Part shown: one piece after another, positions 40,001 through 49,464 of the stretch | How the letters are laid out: each line of letters opens with the position of its first letter | Numbering within the stretch: position 1 is the stretch's first letter | Notes under the pieces: model-generated | The model's database searches: none | Told to the model about the DNA's origin: nothing | What the model saw: only the letters and a program-made list of their open reading frames with translations | Program-made: the position numbers and the translations under genes | NCBI GenBank assembly: GCA_000934665.2 | Contig: KZ538332.1 | Span: forward strand, 1 to 64,000 | Length of the DNA: 64,000 nucleotides | Source of the DNA: Catajapyx aquilonaris | Lineage: Eukaryota | Direction: 5' to 3'

Positions 40001-43000
40001 TTCTAATCAATAAATGGAAAGAATTATGCTACTGCTTTGCCAAGACCATACTGATTAAAAACTGGGTTTATGCAGAGGTCATGGTCAGTACCATAATTAC
40101 ACTTTGAGTATCTAAATATGCAGAAATACTTTTGGAGGATGGGTGAGATGTGGATACAGTGAAACCTGTCTATGACGGACCTGGAGTATAGCGGAAACTT
40201 GTCCATTGTGGAATTATTTCTGGGAACTGGCATAGGACATGCACTGAATTTTTTTACGGTTATAGCAGAAAACTGTTCATTATGGATTTTTTTTTGGGGG
40301 GGGGGGGNGGGTGTCTCGTGCTATTCTTCTATACACAGGTTTCACTATTACGCTTGTCAAATGCTGTTATTGGGAAATGTTGACAGATGGCATGCTAATC
40401 ACAAGTTAGACTTGGGATAGAAGGAGAAAATACATTTGCAGTAACTACCACCTTAATGGTTGCAACACATTAACAATGTACTTACCATATAACAGCAATC
40501 AGTGGGCACTACATGACTGATGGGATTTTACATTATGTTCCTTAGTGGAAGGTCTGTGACAGTTTTCTGACCAAATGGGAGAAGCCTAATGCAAATGTGA
40601 ATGTTGCTACTCGTTGGTTCCAGGTTTGTCTTGTGATCGGCATGCAAATTGTCAGCGTTACACAGGATGAATCAGATCTTCAAGTCAAACTTCTGCCAGG
40701 CTACTCATTGGCCCAAAACAATCGCATGTATGAGTGAGAAATGTAGAAAACCCAGCCTTTCACGATGTAGATTACAATGGCCTGAACACACATGACCTGG
40801 GATATGCTAAGTGGCGTAGCTGTGCATACATTCCAGGTTAAGGTGTGTGTCTGTGTTTAAGGGGCTCCCAAAAGGCCATCATTGTTAATGTTATTAACAA
40901 TTTAGTTATTTAAAAACATTTCTCCTATATTTTTATATGTAGATTGAGCCAGTGAGTATCCTGCCTGGAGTTCTGACTCACCCTGTGCAACAGTTTTTGC
41001 CTGAGCTACAGTAATGGCAAACATCCTCCATGAGAAAATATTTGCTACTCCTATTCATGGAAAGCTATGCAGGATAAACCCCCATTGTCATAATTTAACA
41101 TACCCATCTCCCACTAAATAACATTGAGATTGAACTATCACATCACAAAAGAAACTTGAACTGTTAATTTGGCTGGTTGGATATTTTATCTTGCTGAATG
41201 TACAAAAGGGAGATGTCATTATTTGAGGGGTGTGGTGGAAAAAGGTGATAACCCACAAAAGTGTTAATTTTTCAGGAGAGCGAATTTAAATTTGCACTCT
41301 CTTCACAAATCATAGGGAATGCTGGTTTTGATCTAGTCCGTGTTGCCGTCTGGTGCATGATACATGAATTTGGAGTATACCAAACTGTTTGTCATATCTT
41401 TTACATAGTTGCTAGGTGTTTAGGTCAAAAATGACACAAATGAGGGTTATCACCTTTTCCCACCACACTCCTCATTTTAGTTCTGCAATATAAGTAGTCA
41501 GCCATTATCTGTGACTGCAACTGTGAAGTTCCTAGGGTTGCATTATGTTGAATTGTTGCATAGCCTATTGTCTTATTGCCTGCCTGTTTCCATCCATGTA
41601 ATATTACTTTTTTCCAGTTGGTTATTTGATCCAGACTGATTTGAGCCCTGCAATATGAACCCTTCAGTGTGATCTTCAACAACCCTTATGCTTACTGTGC
41701 AATAGCCATTTGAAGCACTTCCTAATGTAGGCTTGTAACTTGTTGGTTTTTTAAATAGCAGCAGTTAAAAATAAAATAACAAACTCAGATAATTTTATCT
41801 ACCAAATAAAAGGAGTTAGGAAGTTCAAAGTGGCTTAACAGAAGATAGGGAGGCTGTAGGAGGTCTACTTTGCTGTTGGCATTAATATTTTTGAGACTGG
41901 AGGTAATTTGAAGCGATTTCAAAATTGCAAAGTTTCAGCCTTTAAATCACAGCTTGTACACTACTGGAAAAGCCTTCCTTGAATCCCAGCAAGCAGTGCA
42001 CATGCGGACGCGGGTGGAAGTGTGCACGAACACAACTCCTACCCGCTTTCATGGCTGATTGGTGCTGCTTGCAGGGGTACAAGCAGTCTTTTCCATCTCT
42101 GGACTGCTTATTGTGCAAGTATGGCTTTCACTTTTTCTAGTTGAGATTACTATTTTCATTTTAAAACTTAGGCTACAAACAGCAAACTAGGTGTCTGTCT
42201 GATTCCATATCTCTAAACAAGAACAAGAGCAGATGTTTTACTAGGGTGGTAAGCATCAGTATAAGGAGATTATTTGCTCATCTTGGAGAGTTTGAGTCTG
42301 GTATTATCAATTTCAAGTTGTTCTGTATTTATCCACACTTATTTTCACAGGGCGGATGCGGCTTTAATGTCTCACCTGTGGGAGTATGCACTCTCAGAAG
42401 ACCTAGATTTGGGGTAGGCAGGACAGAATTTTGGGGATATGTATCCCAATTAGCTGAAAGGTCTGCAAGATGAAGTTGATAAGTTTGTGAGGTAATGTCA
42501 GTTGCACATTGATCAAGTAAATTGAGATGCACGGTATTGTATAGATTTCTTCCTTGGATACTTGAATTGAACAGTAAGGACATTAAATTTTGTCTTATCA
42601 ACTTCTTTGCGACCTTTGGGTTCCTTCTTAATGTACCATTGTCCTCTCCAATCCATACCACTTAATCCCATACCTGTTTTATAAGATATTGGCCAAATTG
42701 CAACATCTAATTTACAGGCTTTGATACAGCATGTTGCACTTGTTACAGGCTGTTCTAAATTGCATATTGCCTCAAAAATGATGACAAAATCTTTGAAACT
42801 CTGGAAAACTAGTCAATGGACACCTTGCAGGATCAGTGTTTCTGCATACTACAGTAATTTTTAGTAGCGTTAATTCCTCAGGTGGAAAAGGGAAGTGCCG
42901 TTTTTTCTCCCGCTGATTCCAATGTCATGAATATATGCATTTGCTAATCATGGCTTAGATTTCTCGGATGCGCGGGTGGAAAAGTGCAGAAGTCAAAACA

Positions 43001-46000
43001 ATGCTCTTTCTTCCCCGAATCCGAGTCTTATCAATGAGGTGGATTATTTATAGAGGTGAATGCTTGGATTCGGGGGGGAAAAGTGCATAAGTCCAAAAAA
43101 AAATTTTTAAAACTTATGCACTTTTCCCCACACATCCCAGATTTTCGCATCCATCCCTGCTGAGCCAGGGGGATAGGTGTAGGGCATTAATGTGACCTTT
43201 GCCCTTGCCAGTTTTGGAGATAGGGTGTTTTTCTTTGGGATGACAAGAAGCCTTCAGTCATATTTCTTTTTGTGGACATAGTAGTAGATACCCAATTCCC
43301 ATGAGCCAGGTATTGTTCACTAAGGGCTGGTTGCACTAGCGTGGAATTCATTAAGAAGCTGTACGCAATTTATTCAACGATCTGGCATAATCGCAAATAT
43401 GCCCGTGGACTTTATTGCTTTTTTAAAAAAATTCTTAGAGGCTGTATACAGTAAGAATGGGATCTTTATGATTAATTATCTAGTTTAGCTGACCCCAAAA
43501 CTGATGTTTGATACAGATGGTTCTGTGCACCTGCTTGTACAGTGTGATATGCTTTCAAATGGAGTATTACCGTAAATAAGTGTAAGTGTACACACACACA
43601 AATATTATTAAGTCAATTTTAGTGAACACATCTAACTCAAAAAGTATAACACTTCTCGAAAATAATAGAGCTTATTGAAAGTTCCTAGTGCCTTCTGCAG
43701 CAACTTTTAAGTTGTAAAATGTATCAAGTTTCATGTGCAGGCATTTGCAATAGCAGAATCTCTTAGGGGGAAAAAACTTTCGCCTGCCACTCATTTGGGA
43801 CAGTGCCAATAAAAATTATTGTGCTACATGGCAAAATTGATCTTGGAAGGTGTCCTTTGAAAAATGTTTTTTTAAATAGTTTCAAGAGAAAACTCGTCAC
43901 AATTTAGTTCTTTAAATTGCTACAAATCATTAGCAGTTAATTATTAATAATAATTATAACCCAAATTGAGGCACTCTTGAATAGCTTTTACCTGCATCAC
44001 AGCTGTAAGTGTGATGAGGATAAGCAGGTGTGTGATTGCATTGAATGGTCTCACTTTTATCTTCAGCTTCTTACATTTTAAAATTATTATTATTCATTAG
44101 CAAATAAATTCTCATGTGTATTTTGTGAAGTGATATTCCAGGAAGCATCTTTTTGTTATTTTTGTGTAAAGTATTTATTTAGCATTGTACTTTCTGTATG
44201 TATGTTAAAATTGTCAGTCTGCTTTTATGTTGATTTGTATGTCTTTGTTATCTGACAATAGAGTAGCTACCCTGGAGAAAAGTTAGTGTGATGTTACATA
44301 TGGTACTGATTGGAAGTTTTTTCTAGACCTTATAACTGATCATGGACACATTTTTTGTCTAGTATTAATTTTGCTAGGAAACAGCTTACATATTAAGACC
44401 ATGATTGTCATATCACTGAATGAATGCACTGTCCAAATGGCCTTGTAAAACAATAACCAAAAAAAATGCTAAGAAAGGTGTTGGGTACTATCTCCCAAGT
44501 ATTCCCCCTTCTGTTATTTTCTCTATTGCAGCTCTTATTATTTTAGTCATGGTGGCAGCTTGCGATAATATAATTTAAACCAGTAAAAATCAGCGGCATA
44601 TTTAAACATTTCCTTTCGCATGCAGCAGGTCTTCAGAAACACAATAATCATGGGTAGGATGGTTTTGGATGATTTTCTTCATTACTTTTCTCATCCCCAT
44701 GGTGGAATTGCAAGTATTATCATTTATTTCCATCCCTGGTGTCTGATTTCTTCTGTTCTGTGGCCAACAGGGCCGATGCCCCCATCATGGGTCATCTTTG
44801 GGAGTTTTGTTTGGCTGAAGATCTCCTTAATGGGTAATCTGAGCCTTTTGAACAAGCCGTGTTTTATTTGTTATGATTTTTTCCCCCCCTTCTTGCCACT
44901 GCTTCTTGGATTTAAATTTTGTTGCTATCTTCTGATTTCCTATGTCTCTCTTCTATTTCTTTTGTTTTTTTGTGCATGTTTTGTGACTTGTAACCCTTCT
45001 TCAGGTGGAGTTAGCCCATTTCATATAGCTTTTTCCTTATTTGAAAGTTATTGCCACAAGTGTTGTGTAGTTGAGTTAGAGTAGGCCTACTTGCAAATTT
45101 GAAGTAAATTGTTCAGGCTACTGAATCTGTATCTTGCTATTAGAATGTGCTCTGGTTTTGTGTGTAAATACAGGGTGTTCCAAGTATGTGGGTCATTTTT
45201 AGTTGCCAGATTATGAAACAGTTCAGTTTTAAATTTTTGGTAGGATATGTTGCCAAGTTGTAGGAGAAGTCCTGCATGCTAACATTGGAAGGTCAGGGTC
45301 AGTAATGTTGACGATTTTTTTAAACCCGGTGGGGGGGGGGGGGGGGGGGGGTGNAACAATTCCCACTCAAAATTTTGGTGGTCAGAGGAAAAATCCTGGC
45401 AGGGATCCTTTGTTTGGCTTATTTTTGCCACCTTTTGGAGTTCAAAATGTGCCTTTTTGCATAATGAGAGTGATGAAACGGCCAGAGAGGAGCACCTCTT
45501 TACTGTTTACGGTTTACTTTTCAACGAGTAAATTATATATGGCCACTTGATATGGAGTGGAGAAACTGAACCTCCTGGGCATGAAGGGGGTTAATAGGCC
45601 ATTTGCTCAGATGGAAAATTACTTGTCAGAAAATATGGAAAATTGGAACACTGCTGATACTGTTCAATGCTGAGCTTATGCTGCTGTTCTACAGGGTGAT
45701 TCTCTCGAATGGAAACCCAAACATTTCTCAATAACTTTTTAACTATGGTATGGTTCCCGATGAAAATTGACATGTACTTACCTTGTATCATGCCAAACAA
45801 GGTCTGACTTAAAAATATACCAAAAGTGGTCCCCTCCTGCATCCAAGAATTTTTAAATCCTAGTCTGCATATTACCGAAGACTCCTGCAGGTTGAAGGTG
45901 GTGATCCCATCCATTCCCACCCACCCGCCTGCTTGGCGAGAGGGCATCTCGAGGCAACGGGCCCATTGCCTTGAGATGCCTCCCGCCAAGTAGGCCGGCC

Positions 46001-49000
46001 AGCAGGGATGAGTGCAATCCCCGTCGGGAATCAGCAGGAGTCTTCGGCAATATGCAGACTCGCATTTAAAGAAATTTGGATGCTGGAGGGGACCACTTCT
46101 GGTATATTCTTTAGTCGGACCTTGTTTTTGCATGATACAAGGTAAGTACATGTCAATTTTCATCGGGAACCATACCATAGTTAAAAAGTTATTGAGGAAT
46201 GTTTGGGTTTCCATTCGAGAGAATCACCCTGTATAATTGGAAACATTTGATTGCCCCATATAACCATTAATTTATTCAATTCCAGAGGGCTAGTTCTGTA
46301 TAGCATGATGAACTATGGGAATGGTTAGAACTCCACCTCATGCACCTCCTGCTTTATAGCAATTTATTTGTGTGTGTGTGTGCATGACTTGTGTTGTAGA
46401 CTTGCAGTTTGACAGCATGATATTTTTGAAGTAGGCCATGACAAAGGTGCTTCTCTAATCAACAGTCTGTAAGCTACAGATTGCCACTGTACGTTATCCT
46501 TTGTATTGAGAAAAATTTACAAAAATCTCCTCCCCAACCCAAGACACACCCACCATCCTGGGTTTGCCATAGTGTTTTGCATTATCTAAGCATACTATAA
46601 TGCAGGGGTGGGCAACCTTTCTTATCCATGGGCCGCATAGAAATTTTAAAACATTTGACGGGCCACATCTAACAAAGGAAATTTCAACTTATAAAAAGTT
46701 TACAATTATATATCAATCGTTTTAAATGAACTTCCATAAATTGCATAAGTTATCATTAAATTCTCTGAAAATCGATAAAATGAGCTGAATATATCAATGA
46801 AAATGGCCTGTATAGATTTAAAAAATATTTTTTGTGGATTTAAAATAATTAAAAGGAAAGGCACAGGCATAAAATTTTGCAATTTTAATTTTTCAACATG
46901 TGCAGGAATTACGAAATTTTTGCGTGGGCCACACAAATTGTCTTTGCGGGCCATAGGTTGCCGACCCCTGCATAATGCATGAAAATTTAATTTGAGATCA
47001 TAGATTGCATGTTGATCTAACATTTAAAAATGTTAAAATACAATGCCACATGCACCGGACAAGTTTCACATGGGAGCAAGGTTATATCATGAAGTTTTCC
47101 TCCCAGAATGCATACCTTTGTTATAAAAAACACTTTTCTACTGTGTGACATTAATTTGGATGCAAAATGGTCCAATGCTTTGAACATGTACTATCTTGGT
47201 CAGTGAATGAAGACAAGGACTCCAACGCCTTCACTAGAATTATTTAAATAATGTGTGTGCTTTTGAACACAAATAATAATGCAAAGTGCATTATGTTTAC
47301 TTATTCAAGTACACAATAACAATAGAGCATAGATGATAATGGTTTTCCAGTTAACTATAGTGATGATAGAATGTCTTTACTGGTCACAATGGTACCTTGT
47401 TTCCCTACACAACCTAGATCATGACCACCATATGACTTAACCTTGCTAGAATGTGAATGCAATAGATGGAAGCCACATGTAGCATGAATCTGAATTTAGT
47501 TTGAGAACATCATAGTGCATTATAATGCTTTTAAAAATATTGTGCAGCATTGAGATTTGTGGCATAATTGAATATTATAGAATATCAATATTTATCAACA
47601 CAATAATTCGAAAGAAAAGGCTTTGGTTTATTGACCTTTGATATCCCCCTCTTGTTAGATATAAACCAGACGGTCATACAAAAGGAGAACCTGAATTTGA
47701 ACCCCCCAAACCAATTCGTCTGAAATGGGACCTTCCCTCTGGGTGCTTGGAACAAATAGAGACTAGCTACCAGGTTTGTTTATCACTGTTGAATTCTGAA
47801 GGACTGGCATAATGACGTATTCTCTCTCATTCCAGGCAGCTCTGAATCTCCTCAATGACGTGGATCTGTGCCTGTTCGTCCAAGATGCATATGGTAAAGG
47901 TTTCATAAAGCAGTGCCATGTGAGTCCTGATGCATATATTCAGATGGCCCTTCAGCTGGCCTACTTCAGGAATGCAAGTCGTTTCAGTCTGACATATGAG
48001 GCTTCCATGACCCGCCTGTATAGAGAGGGGAGGACAGAGACCGTGAGGCCATGCACTGTTGAGTCATGCGCCTTTGTCAGGTCCATGGATGACAAGAGTG
48101 TACCGGTTAGTGCACTTAAATTTGGAACCTTCTTGCAGAAGTTTTATGTAATTAGGTGAATTATGGATATGAGCATGCCACAAAAATAACTTGTCATTAG
48201 AAATGTTGATTTTGTTGCTGCTGAACAAAAATTAAAAAGATGGGGGGAAAAAATGAAGTTGAAAGTGAATTAGGTGACAGTCATCTGAAATGGTAAATCT
48301 ATTCTTCTTCAGCGAGAAGACAAGGTGTCACTACTGCAGCGTGCTTGCCGCGTGCATCAACGTGCATACCAGGATGCAATGTGTGGGAAGGGGATAGACC
48401 GTCACCTCTTCTGCTTATATGTGGTTTCCAAGTACTTGGAGGTGGATTCCCCCTTCCTGAAAGAAGTGCTCTCTGAACCTTGGAGGCTTTCCACATCGCA
48501 GACTCCTCATGGGCAGACTGCCAAGCTTGATTTGTTCAAGCATCCAGACTGTATCTCTTGTGGGGGAGGGTTTGGCCCTGTGGCAGATGATGGTTATGGG
48601 GTCTCATACATCATCGCTGGAGAGGACCTCATGTTCTTCCACATCTCGAGCAAGAGGAGCTCAGCAGAAACGGTGGGTATTTTCATAAAACATTTCAAAT
48701 GGTTTTTCTTGGCCATGCTGTGTTGCTGTGCTTCCAAAACCCAAGCCACATTCCTCTTAGGATACCCACACAGTGCACAAGTGATGGCATTCCCATTCAC
48801 CAATATTTTCCCCACTGCTAGATACTACTAACTTAGCAGTCTCTAGCAGGGGGACAAAAATTTGACCCATTTTTTCGGACTTTCATTTTAAATTTTATTT
48901 TTTGGCGATCCATGGATCATCTTCACCTGGATAATCTAGAGTACAGTGTATTCTGTTTTTGGACTACTATCATTAGGCCTACTCACTTGCCAGATTTTGA

Positions 49001-49272
49001 ATGACACTAAATAAGGTAAGTTAGGGAGGCATGGTGGTCTGGTGGTTATGCCACTGGCCAGCCAAGTGGGGTTCTAATCCTGTACCAGTCACCTCTGCTT
49101 GGCCGGGTCTTTTTCTGCTTTTCACCCGACATGCTGGGGCAGAATATTGCACTCCCTACTCTGCCCAGGGCCAGGAGAAAAGGCCTGGTGTTTAAAAAAT
49201 GTCAGAAATGACCACTGCACAGCGCCCTCCCTTCCCCCGCCTACCTGCAAGAGGGCCTTGGGCCCTATCACA

Positions 49273-49325
<53 letters not shown>

Positions 49326-49464
49326 TTAAGTAATTTGCCTGTTGCTCTTTTCTCAGGATTCCACCCGTTTTGCCAAACAGCTAGAGAGGGCCTTTGAAGA
49401 CATGAGGGCACTCTTTTCATCCAAGAATGCCAAGATAGATGGTATTGGAAACAACTGCCATTGA
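30915..49464 (+). CDS. CPT1: Carnitine O-palmitoyltransferase 1 (777 aa; Drosophila whd orthologue), 15 coding exons per mRNA
   Basis: [13 protein letters not shown]-terminus, two TM segments, and motifs [81 protein letters not shown]. Exons: 30915-31055, 33068-33204, 33294-33403, 33478-33644, 34003-34124, 35186-35387, 35780-35979, 36089-36293, 38659-38766, 39942-39967, [42351-42413 or 44771-44833], 47659-47773, 47836-48105, 48313-48672, 49357-49464. Total 2334 nt, all GT-AG, phases consistent. Confidence 0.97.
31925..32395. mobile_element. piggyBac-like MITE
   Basis: TTAA-CCCTTAACTACGTAGGTGG...CCACCTATGTAGTTAAGGG-TTAA, with subterminal inverted repeats. Confidence 0.85.
32430..32769 (+). 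mobile_element. Decayed Tc1/mariner transposase 3' fragment
   Basis: Translates [16 protein letters not shown] (WPxxSPDLxP motif); ends in ACCCTG-TA. Confidence 0.65.
32815..32975. mobile_element. Palindromic Tc1-like MITE (same family as 23407-23955)
   Basis: TA-CAGTGTTGGTCATATATCGAGGCAACCGCCAGCGACATTTT... fully inverted, TA flanks. Confidence 0.8.
33068..33204 (+). CDS. CPT1: CPT1 coding exon 2
   Basis: [11 protein letters not shown]...TM1; tttcag/ and AG/gttggt. Confidence 0.92.
33294..33403 (+). CDS. CPT1: CPT1 coding exon 3
   Basis: [36 protein letters not shown] (TM2). Confidence 0.9.
33478..33644 (+). CDS. CPT1: CPT1 coding exon 4
   Basis: GWMYEERG...[21 protein letters not shown]. 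Confidence 0.95.
33713..33802. mobile_element. Short hAT-like MITE
   Basis: CAGTGGCGTAGCGAGG...CCTCGCTACGCCACTG; imperfect 8-bp flanks cacacgag/cgcacaag. Confidence 0.6.
34003..34124 (+). CDS. CPT1: CPT1 coding exon 5
   Basis: [41 protein letters not shown]. Confidence 0.93.
34495..34873 (-). mobile_element. tRNA-derived SINE in CPT1 intron
   Basis: Minus head with TGGCCGAGATGG and GGTTCGATCCCC; (TAA)n tail; TSD caggatcagttat at 34482-34494 and 34874-34886. Confidence 0.85.
35186..35387 (+). CDS. CPT1: CPT1 coding exon 6
   Basis: [19 protein letters not shown]...RQELEP. Confidence 0.95.
35780..35979 (+). CDS. CPT1: CPT1 coding exon 7
   Basis: [25 protein letters not shown]...PCEIE. Confidence 0.95.
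36089..36293 (+). CDS. CPT1: CPT1 coding exon 8
   Basis: QLQMIVNDD...[17 protein letters not shown]...[11 protein letters not shown]. Confidence 0.93.
36370..38470. mobile_element. Nested inverted-repeat elements in CPT1 intron 8 (inner element 36698-38180)
   Basis: Inner TIRs acaagggaacatcg...aacagatttggccaaaaatc; outer arms ~36370-36560 and ~38280-38470 are reverse complements. Confidence 0.7.
38659..38766 (+). CDS. CPT1: CPT1 coding exon 9
   Basis: [36 protein letters not shown]. Confidence 0.95.
39942..39967 (+). CDS. CPT1: CPT1 26-nt microexon 10 carrying the catalytic His (IGFNAEHS-W)
   Basis: tttcttttcag/ATTGGTTTCAATGCAGAACATTCGTG/gtaagt. Confidence 0.93.
42351..42413 (+). CDS. CPT1: CPT1 mutually exclusive exon 11A ([22 protein letters not shown])
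   Basis: 63 nt, phase 2-2, ttttcacag/ and GG/gtaggc; paralogous to 11B. Confidence 0.9.
44771..44833 (+). CDS. CPT1: CPT1 mutually exclusive exon 11B ([22 protein letters not shown])
   Basis: 63 nt, phase 2-2, ccaacag/ and GG/gtaatc; vertebrate-like ADAPI.GHLWE. Confidence 0.92.
45692..46231. mobile_element. Mariner-like palindromic MITE
   Basis: TA-CAGGGTGATTCTCTCGAATGG... ~100-bp near-perfect TIRs, TA TSD. Confidence 0.88.
46603..46970. mobile_element. hAT-like MITE
   Basis: CAGGGGTGGGCAACC...GGTTGCCGACCCCTG; near-duplicated ataatg flanks. Confidence 0.7.
47659..47773 (+). CDS. CPT1: CPT1 coding exon 12
   Basis: [38 protein letters not shown]. Confidence 0.93.
47836..48105 (+). CDS. CPT1: CPT1 coding exon 13
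   Basis: [10 protein letters not shown]...[14 protein letters not shown]...[10 protein letters not shown]. Confidence 0.96.
48313..48672 (+). CDS. CPT1: CPT1 coding exon 14
   Basis: REDKVSLL...GKGIDRHLF...WRLSTSQTP...SSAET. Confidence 0.96.
49026..49325 (+). mobile_element. Degenerate tRNA-derived SINE with (TGT)n tail, just upstream of the last CPT1 exon
   Basis: TGGTCTGGTGG A box, GGTTCTAATCC B-box-like, microsatellite tail 49273-49323. Confidence 0.6.
49357..49464 (+). CDS. CPT1: CPT1 terminal coding exon 15
   Basis: [35 protein letters not shown]. Confidence 0.92.
   Translation, partial: DSTRFAKQLERAFEDMRALFSSKNAKIDGIGNNCH

Noticed and set aside
42520..42700. Minus [28 protein letters not shown]... 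as a nested gene
   Set aside because: It looks like a decayed RTE-LINE C-terminal fragment and is too degenerate to call.
44620..45084. 154-aa hydrophobic ORF as a membrane protein
   Set aside because: T-rich intronic sequence overlapping exon 11B in the wrong frame; no family resemblance.
45591..46236. 207-aa and 74-aa ORFs sharing an identical peptide on opposite strands
   Set aside because: An artefact of a palindromic MITE; the same applies to ORF pairs at 21276-22010, 22895-24594 and 32777-33016.
47329..47341. ATAGATGATAATG as a common docking site for the GTATTATCA motifs upstream of 11A/11B
   Set aside because: The pairing is AU-rich and short (13 bp with 11B, ~8 with 11A), which is expected by chance in AT-rich introns.
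39968..47658. A third CPT1 alternative exon
   Set aside because: No further AG/G-GCN-GAY-GC...HLWE-like segment was found; GCGGACGCG at ~42004 lacks an acceptor and downstream homology.
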